Assembly (NCBI GenBank): GCA_046758265.1
Contig: JBHHZX010000001.1
Span: 1 to 37,529 of the forward strand
Direction: 5' to 3'
DNA length: 37,529 nucleotides
From: Phycisphaerae bacterium
GTDB taxonomy: Bacteria > Planctomycetota > Phycisphaerae > UBA1845 > Fen-1342
Shown here piece by piece: positions 17,464 to 26,416 of this stretch (positions are counted from its first letter, which is position 1; every line of letters starts with the position of its first letter). Position numbers and translations under genes: made by a program. The notes below the pieces were generated by a model that saw nothing but the letters and a program-made list of their open reading frames with translations, did not search any database and was not told where the DNA came from.

Positions 17464-18525
17464 CTACGGACGATACGGCGAAACCCGCGTGGGGGGAATG
17501 TATTTCTGAGCATCGGTCCCTTCCGAAGTCGGACTGACGGCCTGAATGAACGCGGCATGACCGTCCACATACGAGCCGTAGATGCCCTCCTTCAGATGCC
17601 GCCAGCGCGGCAGTCGACTCCAGGTTCTTTCATAATCCTCCAGAAACGGGCCGGCACACAGATCGGTGTGCATCAGGGCGATCGCGTCCCCGTTCCAAAC
17701 CCCCGCCTCGCCGCCCGGACCACCGTCGCCGAACAGGATCACGTCGTCCGGTTGATAAACGCGATCGATGCGACCCTGCATGCGACGCCCGGCCTTTGTC
17801 CACTGGACGTGCGGTCGGCCCGGCTGCCCGTCCTTCCAAACCATCGTTCCAAAGTCGATGTCATCACCACAGATGTCCTCGTTGATCGCATATGAGTTGA
17901 AGGCCCAAAGCGGCTCGGGCCAAAAGATCTGGCAAACCTGGAACTCGTCGCCCGGGCAAAGAAGCAGCTCCATACGCGGCTTTTCGGCCAGCTCCAACAA
18001 GTCCTTGGCCTGGCCCGCGTAGTCTGTTTGCCCCGCTCGCCAAAGGATTCCGAAATCGGTGTTCGCTCTCCACGCCCCCATCCCGCGTGCTGTGCTGAAG
18101 CTGTCGTAGTCGACGTATTTGAGGTACGCGACCGGCCAGACCCACGGGATGCTTTCCGAACCGCGCCGGTAGTACTCATACTTGGTTTGCCCCGGGTCGA
18201 GCCGCCGCCACGGGCTCCCGCCGGGCTGCATAAGCGGGGTGGTCATTTGTAAGTGGTCGGTGTGCTCGCTGGCAAACGCGAGCGCGGCGATCGCAAGCTG
18301 GCGCTGGTCGTTCATGCAGTAGGAACCACGTGCCTTCTCACGAACGCGCTGCAGCGTCGGCAGCAGGATCGCAACCAGTAGCGCGATGATCGCAACCACC
18401 ACGAGCAATTCGATCAGCGTGAAGCCCTTCCCCGCTGATGAACGGGTCTCAACGCCCGGGCCCGGGATGACGGCGCTCGAGTCTAAGCGCCCGCTTCGGA
18501 CTCTCATTCTCGCCGCACGCCTCAC
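17464..18525 (-). CDS. DUF1559 domain protein with a type IV pilin-like N-terminal cleavage/methylation motif
   Basis: ..[25 protein letters not shown].. is a prepilin-type leader plus hydrophobic helix. The remainder is typical of the very large planctomycete DUF1559 family (..HLQMTTP.., C-terminal ..[11 protein letters not shown]..). The start may be ATG 18507 instead of GTG 18525. Confidence 0.85.
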   Translation of the reverse strand: MRRAARMRVRSGRLDSSAVIPGPGVETRSSAGKGFTLIELLVVVAIIALLVAILLPTLQRVREKARGSYCMNDQRQLAIAALAFASEHTDHLQMTTPLMQPGGSPWRRLDPGQTKYEYYRRGSESIPWVWPVAYLKYVDYDSFSTARGMGAWRANTDFGILWRAGQTDYAGQAKDLLELAEKPRMELLLCPGDEFQVCQIFWPEPLWAFNSYAINEDICGDDIDFGTMVWKDGQPGRPHVQWTKAGRRMQGRIDRVYQPDDVILFGDGGPGGEAGVWNGDAIALMHTDLCAGPFLEDYERTWSRLPRWRHLKEGIYGSYVDGHAAFIQAVSPTSEGTDAQKYIPPTRVSPYRP

Positions 18526-18843
18526 GTCCGGACCGAATGGGAAAGCACGAGATGCAGGCTAAACGTTATTCTTTTGATAACTCGCCGACGGATCCGGGTC
18601 AAGACCAAAACCTCGTCTTTTTCCGACTTAAGCAGGCCGCATCCACCCCGGGCAGTGCGCTGGCTCGTAATCGCCTATCAGAAAAAAGGTTACGGCGCCA
18701 AGGCCCGTGCCCGCTGCGTACCCGGGCCGGGCCGGGCGATTTCCGTCATCAGATTCCTCTTGGCGCGGGGGCCGAAACGTTATACTGTACCTAGTCAGCA
18801 CTTGCCTGATTCACAAAGAAAACGCTTCGGAGGAGAGTAGGCC

Positions 18844-19911
18844 ATGCCATCCAGACAACTCAACTGTCGGTGGCTCGCGGTACTGCTGGTGGCAGGCGCG
18901 AGCACGGCGCTGGCGGACGATATGACCGAGACCAGCTATGCCACCAGCTTTGAACCGGAGTCCGGCTACGTGCTTGATTTGCTGGCGCCGGGCGACCCGG
19001 CTGAAAACCAGCCCGGCGGCGCGAACTGGTGGGAAAACTGGATCAATTGTTGGGCCCACCGGGGCGTAGTGGTCACCGACGAGCGAGCCCACACCGGCAC
19101 CCAGGCGATCAAGTACACCGGCAACCCCGACGATCCCGACGATCCGTACTCAGGCGCTGAGCACATCATGGTGCTCGATGCGGATCCGTGTGACCCCAAC
19201 ACGGGTGAATGGCGGCCGGTGGTCTGGAACCAGGAGTTTTGGGTCTATGTGCCCTGGGAACTGCCACACGGCGAAATTGCGGTGCGCGCCGAGCCCTGGA
19301 ACAACTGGACGCGCTTGTGTGGTGATCTGTTCGGGCAGTGGGAGGGATACGCGTACCAGTTTTTCATGTATCGGGTCGACGACGGGCTGACCGATGGCTG
19401 GTACCCGCAACTTGGCATCGACGCCCAGGCGAACGACCTGCGCGACGAGATGGGCATGGACCCCCTGTTCGATTCGTTCGCCACGGATATGTGGTGGAAG
19501 GTCAGCATCGTCGCCGATGGTGAGACCTACACGGTCATGTCGGTTACGATCAACGACGATCCTGGGAACACGTTTGTCGCCGATCCGCTCAGCGACTGCT
19601 TCTCGTCCTGGGGCGAGCCCTGCCCGGGCCAGGGCGGCGACAACTACTGCTCGCGGCCCGAGAGAGTCACGTATTACGGTTACCGCGACGTCCTGCTCGA
19701 TGACATCAGCTTACACTTGGTCGGCGAGGAGTGCCCCGGTGATCTCGATGCCGATGGCGACGTCGACCTGGCCGACTTGGCGCAACTGCTGGCCAACTAC
19801 GGCACGACCAGCGGGGCGACTTATGAAGACGGCGACCTGGACGGCGATGGCGACGTGGACCTGACTGATCTGGCGGCGTTGCTCTCGGTCTACGGCACGG
19901 TTTGCCCGTAG
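18844..19911 (+). CDS. Secreted protein with a ~270-aa unknown domain (probably a beta-sandwich) and a C-terminal double dockerin-like Ca-binding module
   Basis: Signal peptide MPSRQLNCRWLAVLLVAGASTALADD, with GGAGGAG upstream of the ATG. The C-terminus (19732-19908) is CPGDLDADGDVDLADLAQLLANYGTTSGATYEDGDLDGDGDVDLTDLAALLSVYGTVCP. The N-domain is paralogous to 19998..20855. Confidence 0.8.
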   Translation: MPSRQLNCRWLAVLLVAGASTALADDMTETSYATSFEPESGYVLDLLAPGDPAENQPGGANWWENWINCWAHRGVVVTDERAHTGTQAIKYTGNPDDPDDPYSGAEHIMVLDADPCDPNTGEWRPVVWNQEFWVYVPWELPHGEIAVRAEPWNNWTRLCGDLFGQWEGYAYQFFMYRVDDGLTDGWYPQLGIDAQANDLRDEMGMDPLFDSFATDMWWKVSIVADGETYTVMSVTINDDPGNTFVADPLSDCFSSWGEPCPGQGGDNYCSRPERVTYYGYRDVLLDDISLHLVGEECPGDLDADGDVDLADLAQLLANYGTTSGATYEDGDLDGDGDVDLTDLAALLSVYGTVCP

Positions 19912-19997
19912 CAGCCGGGGCGCTGCGCTTTTAGGCTAACATCGTCAAATTCCCGTGCGGACTGGGACAAACACGAAAACAGGACGGAGGAAGAGAG

Positions 19998-20855
19998 ATG
20001 AAGCGATTCCACTACGTTACAACGTGTTGCGCGGCGGTTGCCGTGCTGTGCACCGCCGCGGTGCTGGCGGACGAGTTGATGGATGAGAGTTACTGGACCG
20101 ATTTTGAGCCGGCCTCCGGGTACGAGCCAGGTCAACTGGCGCCGGACCCGGCCTGGCCTTACACGGGCAACCAGCCTTACCCCGGCCAGGACACGCCGTT
20201 GTGGGAGGAGAAGTGGCTGCCCGGCTACAACCACGTGGCCGTCGACGTTACCACGGCTCAGGCACACAGCGGTTCTCAGTCGATCGAGTTTACCGGGATT
20301 CCCGGAGGCGGTACGGACGTCATTTCCAATGCGCAGCATATTGGCATGCTCAACGGCGAAGCGGGCTCGCCGCTCGTGTGGCAAGAGAGGTTCTCTGTCT
20401 ATGTGCCCAGCACGCTGGAGGATCCGCGTGCGCTGCGGGTCGAGCCCTTCAACAACTGGCCCGATCAGGGATACACCTACCAGCTCGCCCTCTACACCAT
20501 GGGTACCGACTTCTGGCGCCCGGAGCTCAACAACGGGGGTGGCAACTTCAACGACCTGCGCGACGAGCTGGGCAAGCCCGAGGGATTTGAGACCGACACG
20601 TGGTGGACTGTGAGCATCATCGCCGACGGCGCCACCCGTACGATCACAGCGGTCTCGATCAGCGACGACTTCGGGAACGACTTCTCGGCCAGTGGGCTGA
20701 GCGAACCCTTCGGCCTGGGCAACGCCGACCGTCCGGAGCGGGTCAACTACTATGGCGCTGACGGTGTCTTCCTCGATGATGTCAGCGTAATCCCGGAGCC
20801 CGGCGCGCTCGCGCTGTTACTCCTTGGTGGCGTCGTCCTGTTGCGCCGCCGTTAG
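19998..20855 (+). CDS. Secreted paralogue of the preceding protein carrying a C-terminal PEP-CTERM sorting signal
   Basis: Signal peptide MKRFHYVTTCCAAVAVLCTAAVLADE, with GGAGGAAG upstream. Blocks shared with the 18844 ORF include S/TY..FEP.SGY, AH.G.Q.I..TG, NDLRDE.G and TD.WW.VSI.ADG.T. The C-terminus VIPEPGALALLLLGGVVLLRRR (20787-20852) is PEP, a transmembrane helix and an Arg cluster. Confidence 0.8.
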   Translation: MKRFHYVTTCCAAVAVLCTAAVLADELMDESYWTDFEPASGYEPGQLAPDPAWPYTGNQPYPGQDTPLWEEKWLPGYNHVAVDVTTAQAHSGSQSIEFTGIPGGGTDVISNAQHIGMLNGEAGSPLVWQERFSVYVPSTLEDPRALRVEPFNNWPDQGYTYQLALYTMGTDFWRPELNNGGGNFNDLRDELGKPEGFETDTWWTVSIIADGATRTITAVSISDDFGNDFSASGLSEPFGLGNADRPERVNYYGADGVFLDDVSVIPEPGALALLLLGGVVLLRRR

Positions 20856-20978
20856 CGATCGTCCCTGATAACAGGGGCACGCCGCAGTAGGCGCTCCCGG
20901 GGGCGGCGGTGCGGGCGGGCCAGCACGCCGCTCTGCTGCGACGTGTAACGACACGAAGGCGAGTGTGAAGGGGCTGGT

Positions 20979-22667
20979 ATGCAAGCATTCGGGATGTGCC
21001 GAGTGAAGAAAAGCGCGGCTGCCGCCAAGGTGGCCGCGTTTTCGTTGCTGGGGGCGGTGTTGTGGGCGGCGCCGGCGGCGACCTGGGCCGACGATGAGCT
21101 CTCCGAGGAAGACCACGACGCGCTGATCTACCATCTCAACATCATCGCGAACGATCCGGGCTGGCCGCAGGAATCGGTGGACGCCGCGAACGCGATCCTA
21201 GCCAGCTTGCAGTACACGCCGCTGGCCTGGGAGACCTTCTTCACCGAGTACTTCACCGACTACCCGTTCACTGACCGGCTGTACAACTATCTGCAGTACC
21301 CGGTCTTCTCCTGGTTCGACGACGTGGTGCACGTCAAGCTCCAAATGGGGCTCGACGGGCCGCTGATGCTGGTCAACGTAGACCCGGACTGGGAGACTGC
21401 GATTGCCGGACCCGGCACCTCTTTCGCGGACGATCCGCTGCTCAAACAAGACCTCTACAATTCACAGAACATGCTGACAAGGATCGGGATGAACGACCTC
21501 CTCCCGGAGCAGACCAGGCAGGCCATCTTCGATCACTACGACACGCTGATCGATCAGCACCCGGCCGTCCTCCGAAAAAGCGTGACGCTCCACCGCAGCA
21601 ACCAACCCTATTTCGGCATGTTCCGCATGCAGTCGTACATGACGCTCGTGGCCGCGGCGCCCGCGCTCGACCAGACGACCAAGGCACAGATCGCCGCCAC
21701 GCTGGACCTGACCGGGGTTTTTGCGAGCCTCTGGAACGACTTCACCTGCCTGCTGCTGGAGAACAACCTGTCGGACGACCAGCAGCGGCAGTTCGTCTAC
21801 GACTATCTGAGTCTCATTCCCTCCGGCTTGCACAACACGGTCTCCATCACGATCAACGACTATCTCGGCAACGGTCCCCCCTTCCAGGATCAGACGTACT
21901 CGCCGCGTCGGCCGTACGGCGGCGTCAACATAGCCGGCCTGCCGATCGGTTGGTTCTCCGAGAACTCGTTTCCCCCGGATGTTCCGCCCGGAAGGGTGGA
22001 TGTGTATTCCATCATTGTCGCCCACGAAATCAACCACGTCGTCAACCACTATTACGTGGAAGGTGATTCAGTATTGGGAGCGCGGCAGAGTGCGCTGATC
22101 AGTGCGGCGGGGTGTCCGCATCTCAATTACCTGCGCAGCATGTTCCCCGACTGTTTTTTCCTTAACGCTCCGCAGGAGTTCTTCGCCTCGATCTCCAACC
22201 AGTGGTTCACCAAGAGTGCGAAAACGATCGAGCTGGGGCTGGTGCGCTTCGACGCGGGCTGGCTCGAACCGATCAACCAGGCGCTCTTCTTTGCCGAGGT
22301 TTACTCGCAAGGCGGAAACAGCACGCTCTTCTACAGGATCAACCTCGCAGGGGACATAACGCGCCAAACCATACTCCTTGAGCGTGACGCGAACGGACAC
22401 ATTAATGAGCTCGCGTTCGACGGGCTTCGTTACACCTTCGAGTTGGACGCCGAGGGCAACGTGACCGGTTACACGGTGGCGCCGGCCTGTCCGGGCGACC
22501 TCGACGGCGACGGGGACGTCGATCTGGTCGATCTGGCGCAGGTGCTGTCCAACTACGGAACCACCAGCGGGGGCACTTATCAACAAGGCGACCTCGACGG
22601 CGACGGCGACATCGATCTGAGCGATCTGGCGGCGCTGCTGTCGCGGTATGGGACGCTTTGCGAGTAG
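20979..22667 (+). CDS. Secreted HEXXH-motif protein (putative metallopeptidase) with a C-terminal double dockerin-like module
   Basis: Signal-like N-terminus ..KVAAFSLLGAVLWAAPAATWADDE. HEXXH motif IVAHEINHVVNHYY (22023-22037). The C-terminus (22488-22664) is CPGDLDGDGDVDLVDLAQVLSNYGTTSGGTYQQGDLDGDGDIDLSDLAALLSRYGTLCE. The start is uncertain (20979 or 20994). Confidence 0.8.
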   Translation: MQAFGMCRVKKSAAAAKVAAFSLLGAVLWAAPAATWADDELSEEDHDALIYHLNIIANDPGWPQESVDAANAILASLQYTPLAWETFFTEYFTDYPFTDRLYNYLQYPVFSWFDDVVHVKLQMGLDGPLMLVNVDPDWETAIAGPGTSFADDPLLKQDLYNSQNMLTRIGMNDLLPEQTRQAIFDHYDTLIDQHPAVLRKSVTLHRSNQPYFGMFRMQSYMTLVAAAPALDQTTKAQIAATLDLTGVFASLWNDFTCLLLENNLSDDQQRQFVYDYLSLIPSGLHNTVSITINDYLGNGPPFQDQTYSPRRPYGGVNIAGLPIGWFSENSFPPDVPPGRVDVYSIIVAHEINHVVNHYYVEGDSVLGARQSALISAAGCPHLNYLRSMFPDCFFLNAPQEFFASISNQWFTKSAKTIELGLVRFDAGWLEPINQALFFAEVYSQGGNSTLFYRINLAGDITRQTILLERDANGHINELAFDGLRYTFELDAEGNVTGYTVAPACPGDLDGDGDVDLVDLAQVLSNYGTTSGGTYQQGDLDGDGDIDLSDLAALLSRYGTLCE

Positions 22668-22700
22668 CGACTGGTGCGGTCGACGCTTTGTGCCATAGCT

Positions 22701-22792
22701 GTCCGTTGAAAAAGGGGACTGGCTCCGAGCCGTCGGCCGAAACCCTCGGCAAATAAAGGTGTCTGGGAGGTGCCTGTCCCTCTTTTCAGAAC
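22701..22792. repeat. Palindromic REP/MITE-like element, copy B (inverted relative to copy A)
   Basis: gtccgttgaaaaaggggac (22701-22719) with a degenerate partner arm gtccctcttttcagaac (22776-22792). The reverse complement aligns almost base-for-base with 14280-14373 (..cctcccagaca.ctttatttgccgagggtttcggccgacggctcggagccagtcccctttttcaacggac). It lies between convergent genes and overlaps the last 7 nt of the PIG-L CDS. Confidence 0.7.
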
Positions 22793-23523
22793 AATTCTGA
22801 GAGCAGGTCGTTTGCTGGATATGTGGCGCCGCGCTGCTGAACGAACGCTTCCGCCGCGGCAACACCGGCTTCCCGGCCACGCTCCGCCGCATGCCGCTTC
22901 ATCGACTCGACGTACTCATCCATGTCGTGGTGTGCACGCAGCCACTCGCGCTGGCTGGCGTGCCGGGCGAGCATCGCAGTCTTCTTCTGCATTTGCTCCG
23001 TGATGTCGACCAATGTGGTCGGCTTGACCCGTCGGCCGTATGGATCCATGCCCAGCACCGGGTCACAGTAGTACAGGTACGGTATCTGCGATTGCGGCAG
23101 GCGCGGGTGCGTCGAGCTGTTCGGCGCGCTATGGACGAAGCTGGCCGCCCTGGCCAGCAGGGCGGTCATCTCGTGGTCCGTCATGCAATCGTGCGGCGCC
23201 TGGGTGAACACGAGCGACGGCGCGACCCGGCGGAAGAGGTCGATGGCCTTCTGAAGCGCCGGCCGGTCAAAGACGACCAGTCCGTCGGGTTCGTCGAGGC
23301 ACTGGTATGTCGCGCCGATCATCGCCGCGGCCCCCGCAGCCTCGTCGGTGCGTCGCGCCCCGATCTGCCAGCGGTTTTCCGTCATGGTCCCGCAGTCGCC
23401 GGCGGTAACGGTGGCGATAGTTACGGACCAGCCCGCGTCGGCGAGGCGAATCAAGGTCCCGGCGCACCAGAACTCGGCATCGTCCGGATGCGCCATGAAT
23501 GCCAACGCTGTCCTGTTGTCCAT
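22786..23523 (-). CDS. PIG-L/LmbE family N-acetylglucosaminyl deacetylase
   Basis: N-terminal ..ALAFMAHPDDAEFWCAGTL.. is the PIG-L signature (AHPDD), followed by ..TAGDCG... About 245 aa, the typical length. Confidence 0.85.
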   Translation of the reverse strand: MDNRTALAFMAHPDDAEFWCAGTLIRLADAGWSVTIATVTAGDCGTMTENRWQIGARRTDEAAGAAAMIGATYQCLDEPDGLVVFDRPALQKAIDLFRRVAPSLVFTQAPHDCMTDHEMTALLARAASFVHSAPNSSTHPRLPQSQIPYLYYCDPVLGMDPYGRRVKPTTLVDITEQMQKKTAMLARHASQREWLRAHHDMDEYVESMKRHAAERGREAGVAAAEAFVQQRGATYPANDLLSELF

Positions 23524-23564
23524 GAGGGATACTCCTCAGACGCACGCCGAACCGCCAAATCACG

Positions 23565-25124
23565 CTAACGCAGAAGAAGCTTGGGTTCATCGGGATGCTC
23601 GCGTTCGTATTCTTCCAGCAGTTCCGCCGCGCGGGCGAAATCGATCTTTTGGGGCTCGACGGTCGTGCCGAGGCTCTGAAAATACGGATACAGGTCCTTG
23701 CCGGCCGCCAGGCTGCACAGGTACACAAATTCCTGCATGGACACCTGTTCGGTCCAACTGTCTTGAGCGCGATGGATGCGGCACAAGCGGGAGATGAACC
23801 CGGGGTATGTGCGTTCGAGCTGCTCCACCACGTACGACGCCTTGCCTAAAACCTTGCGGTGCGTTTTCTCGTCGCCCGCGTCGGCCAGGTCGAGTTTGTT
23901 CAGGTGCGGATCAATCTCGATCGCTTCCTGTAGTTTTCTGTGCCGCGTCAAGATCTGTTCCGCCGGCGACCCGATCGCCAAGCGCCCCCTCAGCACCTGG
24001 CCCGTGTGGACGGCCCACATCTCGACCCAACTGTCTGGGATCGGGGGACCCCAGCCGTTGGTCATCTCCCAGAGAAGCAAGGATCTGATACCTTCGTCTG
24101 ACGCGAGGACGGCGATGCCGATCTCGTCAGCGGCTCGCCAGCCGCCGCCCGCGCCGGCCAGCGCGTTCATGCGCAACTGGCTGTAGGCGGGAACCTTGAA
24201 GTAATCGTACAGCACGTCGTAGACGCGATCGAACTGCTCGAGCGTGTACTCGGCGCGCCCGCGCAGCACCTCAGTCGTGCGAATGCTGGTGCGTTTGCCT
24301 TTGATCTCAATGTCCGGATGACGCACGCGGACGACGTCAGGCCGCGGGGCGCGGCTGGGGCGGCCCTCGCGCAGCCAGTCGAATACCCGACGAACCAGCG
24401 TCTTGATCTCCGGATCATGCTGGACGCTCGATTCGTGCGTGCAGCCCCACAACAACCGCTTTCCGGTAAAGGCGACCACACGACCCTGTCCGGTTTTACG
24501 CGCGGCCATGACGACTTTGCCGTCCGCGTCCACGAACACGGGCTCGGCTGACTCCGCTTCGATCAGGCCCACGCCATTGGCTTTCAGCCAACCCGGGCCC
24601 CAGATCCGGGCCCGCGGGTCGTACTTGTCCTCGGTGAGTGTGGGCGTGCCTTTGGCGATCGGATGCGCCGTCCCCCGGAGCGGAAAGCGGCCCTTGTCCC
24701 GCTCGTTGAACCGGAACCCAAAAACCTCGGCCACGGCGTTGAGTGGAAAGCTCTCCCGGCTTCTGCGGTTGCGGTTGCGCCACTGCACGCCGTGCCCCAC
24801 GATGAACAGGCGGCCGCCGCGCTCTACCCAATCCTTGAGGCCGGCGATAAACTGTGCCTCGAAGCGCAGCGGCGTGGTCAACTGCTGAATCAAGACGATG
24901 TCGTAGTCATCGAGCAGCGCGGTGTGGAGGGTCCCACGATTCTGCGTGACTGTGTAGCCCTCGCGACGCAGAAACCCTGCCAAATGGTCGTATACGAACA
25001 GGAATTCCATGCTCGTATCGACCAGGACTGATAAGTTGCGGCCGGTGCCGGCGGGGGGGCCGGCGACAGGGCCGGTAAGGCCGGTTGCACAGATCGCCAA
25101 TAGGAACAGCAAGCGGGGAGCCAT
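23565..25124 (-). CDS. Secreted paralogue 2 of the DUF4350-like/HEXXH family, with a degenerate metal-binding motif
   Basis: Signal-like MAPRLLFLLAICATGLTG, with GAAGGAGG upstream. It aligns with 15651..17357 along its length (..VLVDTSMEFLFVYDHLAGFL.., ..ERGGRLFIVGHG.., ..FPLNAVAEVFGFRFNE.., ..LCSLAAGKDLYPYFQSLGTTVE..). The HELTH position reads WEMTN (24057-24071). Confidence 0.75.
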   Translation of the reverse strand: MAPRLLFLLAICATGLTGPVAGPPAGTGRNLSVLVDTSMEFLFVYDHLAGFLRREGYTVTQNRGTLHTALLDDYDIVLIQQLTTPLRFEAQFIAGLKDWVERGGRLFIVGHGVQWRNRNRRSRESFPLNAVAEVFGFRFNERDKGRFPLRGTAHPIAKGTPTLTEDKYDPRARIWGPGWLKANGVGLIEAESAEPVFVDADGKVVMAARKTGQGRVVAFTGKRLLWGCTHESSVQHDPEIKTLVRRVFDWLREGRPSRAPRPDVVRVRHPDIEIKGKRTSIRTTEVLRGRAEYTLEQFDRVYDVLYDYFKVPAYSQLRMNALAGAGGGWRAADEIGIAVLASDEGIRSLLLWEMTNGWGPPIPDSWVEMWAVHTGQVLRGRLAIGSPAEQILTRHRKLQEAIEIDPHLNKLDLADAGDEKTHRKVLGKASYVVEQLERTYPGFISRLCRIHRAQDSWTEQVSMQEFVYLCSLAAGKDLYPYFQSLGTTVEPQKIDFARAAELLEEYEREHPDEPKLLLR

Positions 25125-25302
25125 CGAGCGGCCTCCTTCGTGACTGGGGGGCTGGAAAGTACCATAACGTTTCTGTTAGAATAGAGCTTGGGGCAGCCGA
25201 CTTCAAGGGCCACACCCTCGAACCCTATGGGGGCGCGGGCGACCGATGATAGAATCCAGGATCGTGAAGGATTCAGACAGCCGAATCCGGCCCCGCAAGG
25301 GC

Positions 25303-26364
25303 ATGCCGAAGCAGTTCCGCAAGATCACGATCGCCGACGTCGCCAAGCGAGCAGGTGTGAGTATCGCCACGGTGTCCTGCGCGTTGCGCGGAGCTTCCGG
25401 CGTTTCCGAGCCAAACCGGGCTCGCATTCGAAAACTCGCCCTCGGCATGGGCTATGTGGCCGACGCCCGCGCCCGGGCTCTCCGTGGGAAGGGCGCCCTC
25501 GCCTTTGGCGCCTGCGTAACCCGGATCACGAATCCGCACGTGGCAGAGGTGGTCACGGGCATCCAGAGTGCGTGCGGGCGCAGTGGCCACGAAATGATGT
25601 TGACCATCTCGGAGGGTGATGCCGAGATCGAGGCGCGCCACCTGTCGACGCTCCTCGAACACCAAGTCGATGCGCTCATCATGCTGCCGTTCGGGACGGA
25701 ACCCGGCCGGCGCTATGCCAATCTCAAGCTCCTCAGACAGTATGCGGTGCGCGGCGTACCGATCATGATGGTCGTCGAGCGCATCGAAGTGCCCGGAATT
25801 CGTTGTGGCGCCGTTGTTAACGATCTCTACCGCGGCGGACGCCTGCTCATGGATCATTTGCTGTCCCTGGGCCATCGCCGCGTGGCAACGCTCTACTTGG
25901 CGGACGAGCCGAGTATGCCCCTCAGCCGCTATCACGCCTACGTTGACGCCCTCAATGCCGCCGGCATTTCCAACAAGCACCGCTACACGCGCCAGACCGG
26001 TGTGACACCCGAGGACGCCAGCTTGGCCACCGAGGAGCTGCTCAAAGAGCAGCGCGACATCACGGCGATCGTCTATCCGAGCGACTTCCTCGCACTTGCC
26101 GGGCTTCACCGAATCCGCGAGCGCCGACTGGGCGTCCCAACAGACATCTCAGTCGTCGCCTTTGAGGATCTCGGATGGGCGGCGTTCTTTGAGGTCCCAC
26201 TCACGACCGTGAGCTACCCGCTGCGCAGCATGGGGGAACTCGCGGTGACACGACTCGCCGATTGGCTGTCGAGCCCCGCGAAGCACCAACAGCCGCTGCC
26301 GACCCTCGCCCTGGAACCGACGCTCGTGACGCGGGCTTCGACCGGTCGCCCGCGGCAACGGTGA
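25303..26364 (+). CDS. LacI family transcriptional regulator
   Basis: HTH ..ITIADVAKRAGVSIATVSCALRG.. followed by a periplasmic-binding-protein-like sugar-binding core. The ORF opens at 25246, but ATG 25303 puts the HTH at the usual distance from the N-terminus. Confidence 0.9.
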   Translation: MPKQFRKITIADVAKRAGVSIATVSCALRGASGVSEPNRARIRKLALGMGYVADARARALRGKGALAFGACVTRITNPHVAEVVTGIQSACGRSGHEMMLTISEGDAEIEARHLSTLLEHQVDALIMLPFGTEPGRRYANLKLLRQYAVRGVPIMMVVERIEVPGIRCGAVVNDLYRGGRLLMDHLLSLGHRRVATLYLADEPSMPLSRYHAYVDALNAAGISNKHRYTRQTGVTPEDASLATEELLKEQRDITAIVYPSDFLALAGLHRIRERRLGVPTDISVVAFEDLGWAAFFEVPLTTVSYPLRSMGELAVTRLADWLSSPAKHQQPLPTLALEPTLVTRASTGRPRQR

Positions 26365-26416
26365 CATGCGAACCGGGTTCGGTGGGCGGCAAACGAGTTC
26401 TGAACACTGGATGCGG

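Noticed and set aside
22068-22892. Minus-strand ORFs 22068..22892 and 22402..22752 (..SEPVPFFNGQL..)
   Set aside because: They are antisense to the dockerin-tagged HEXXH gene and read through repeat copy B. They are pseudo-ORFs.
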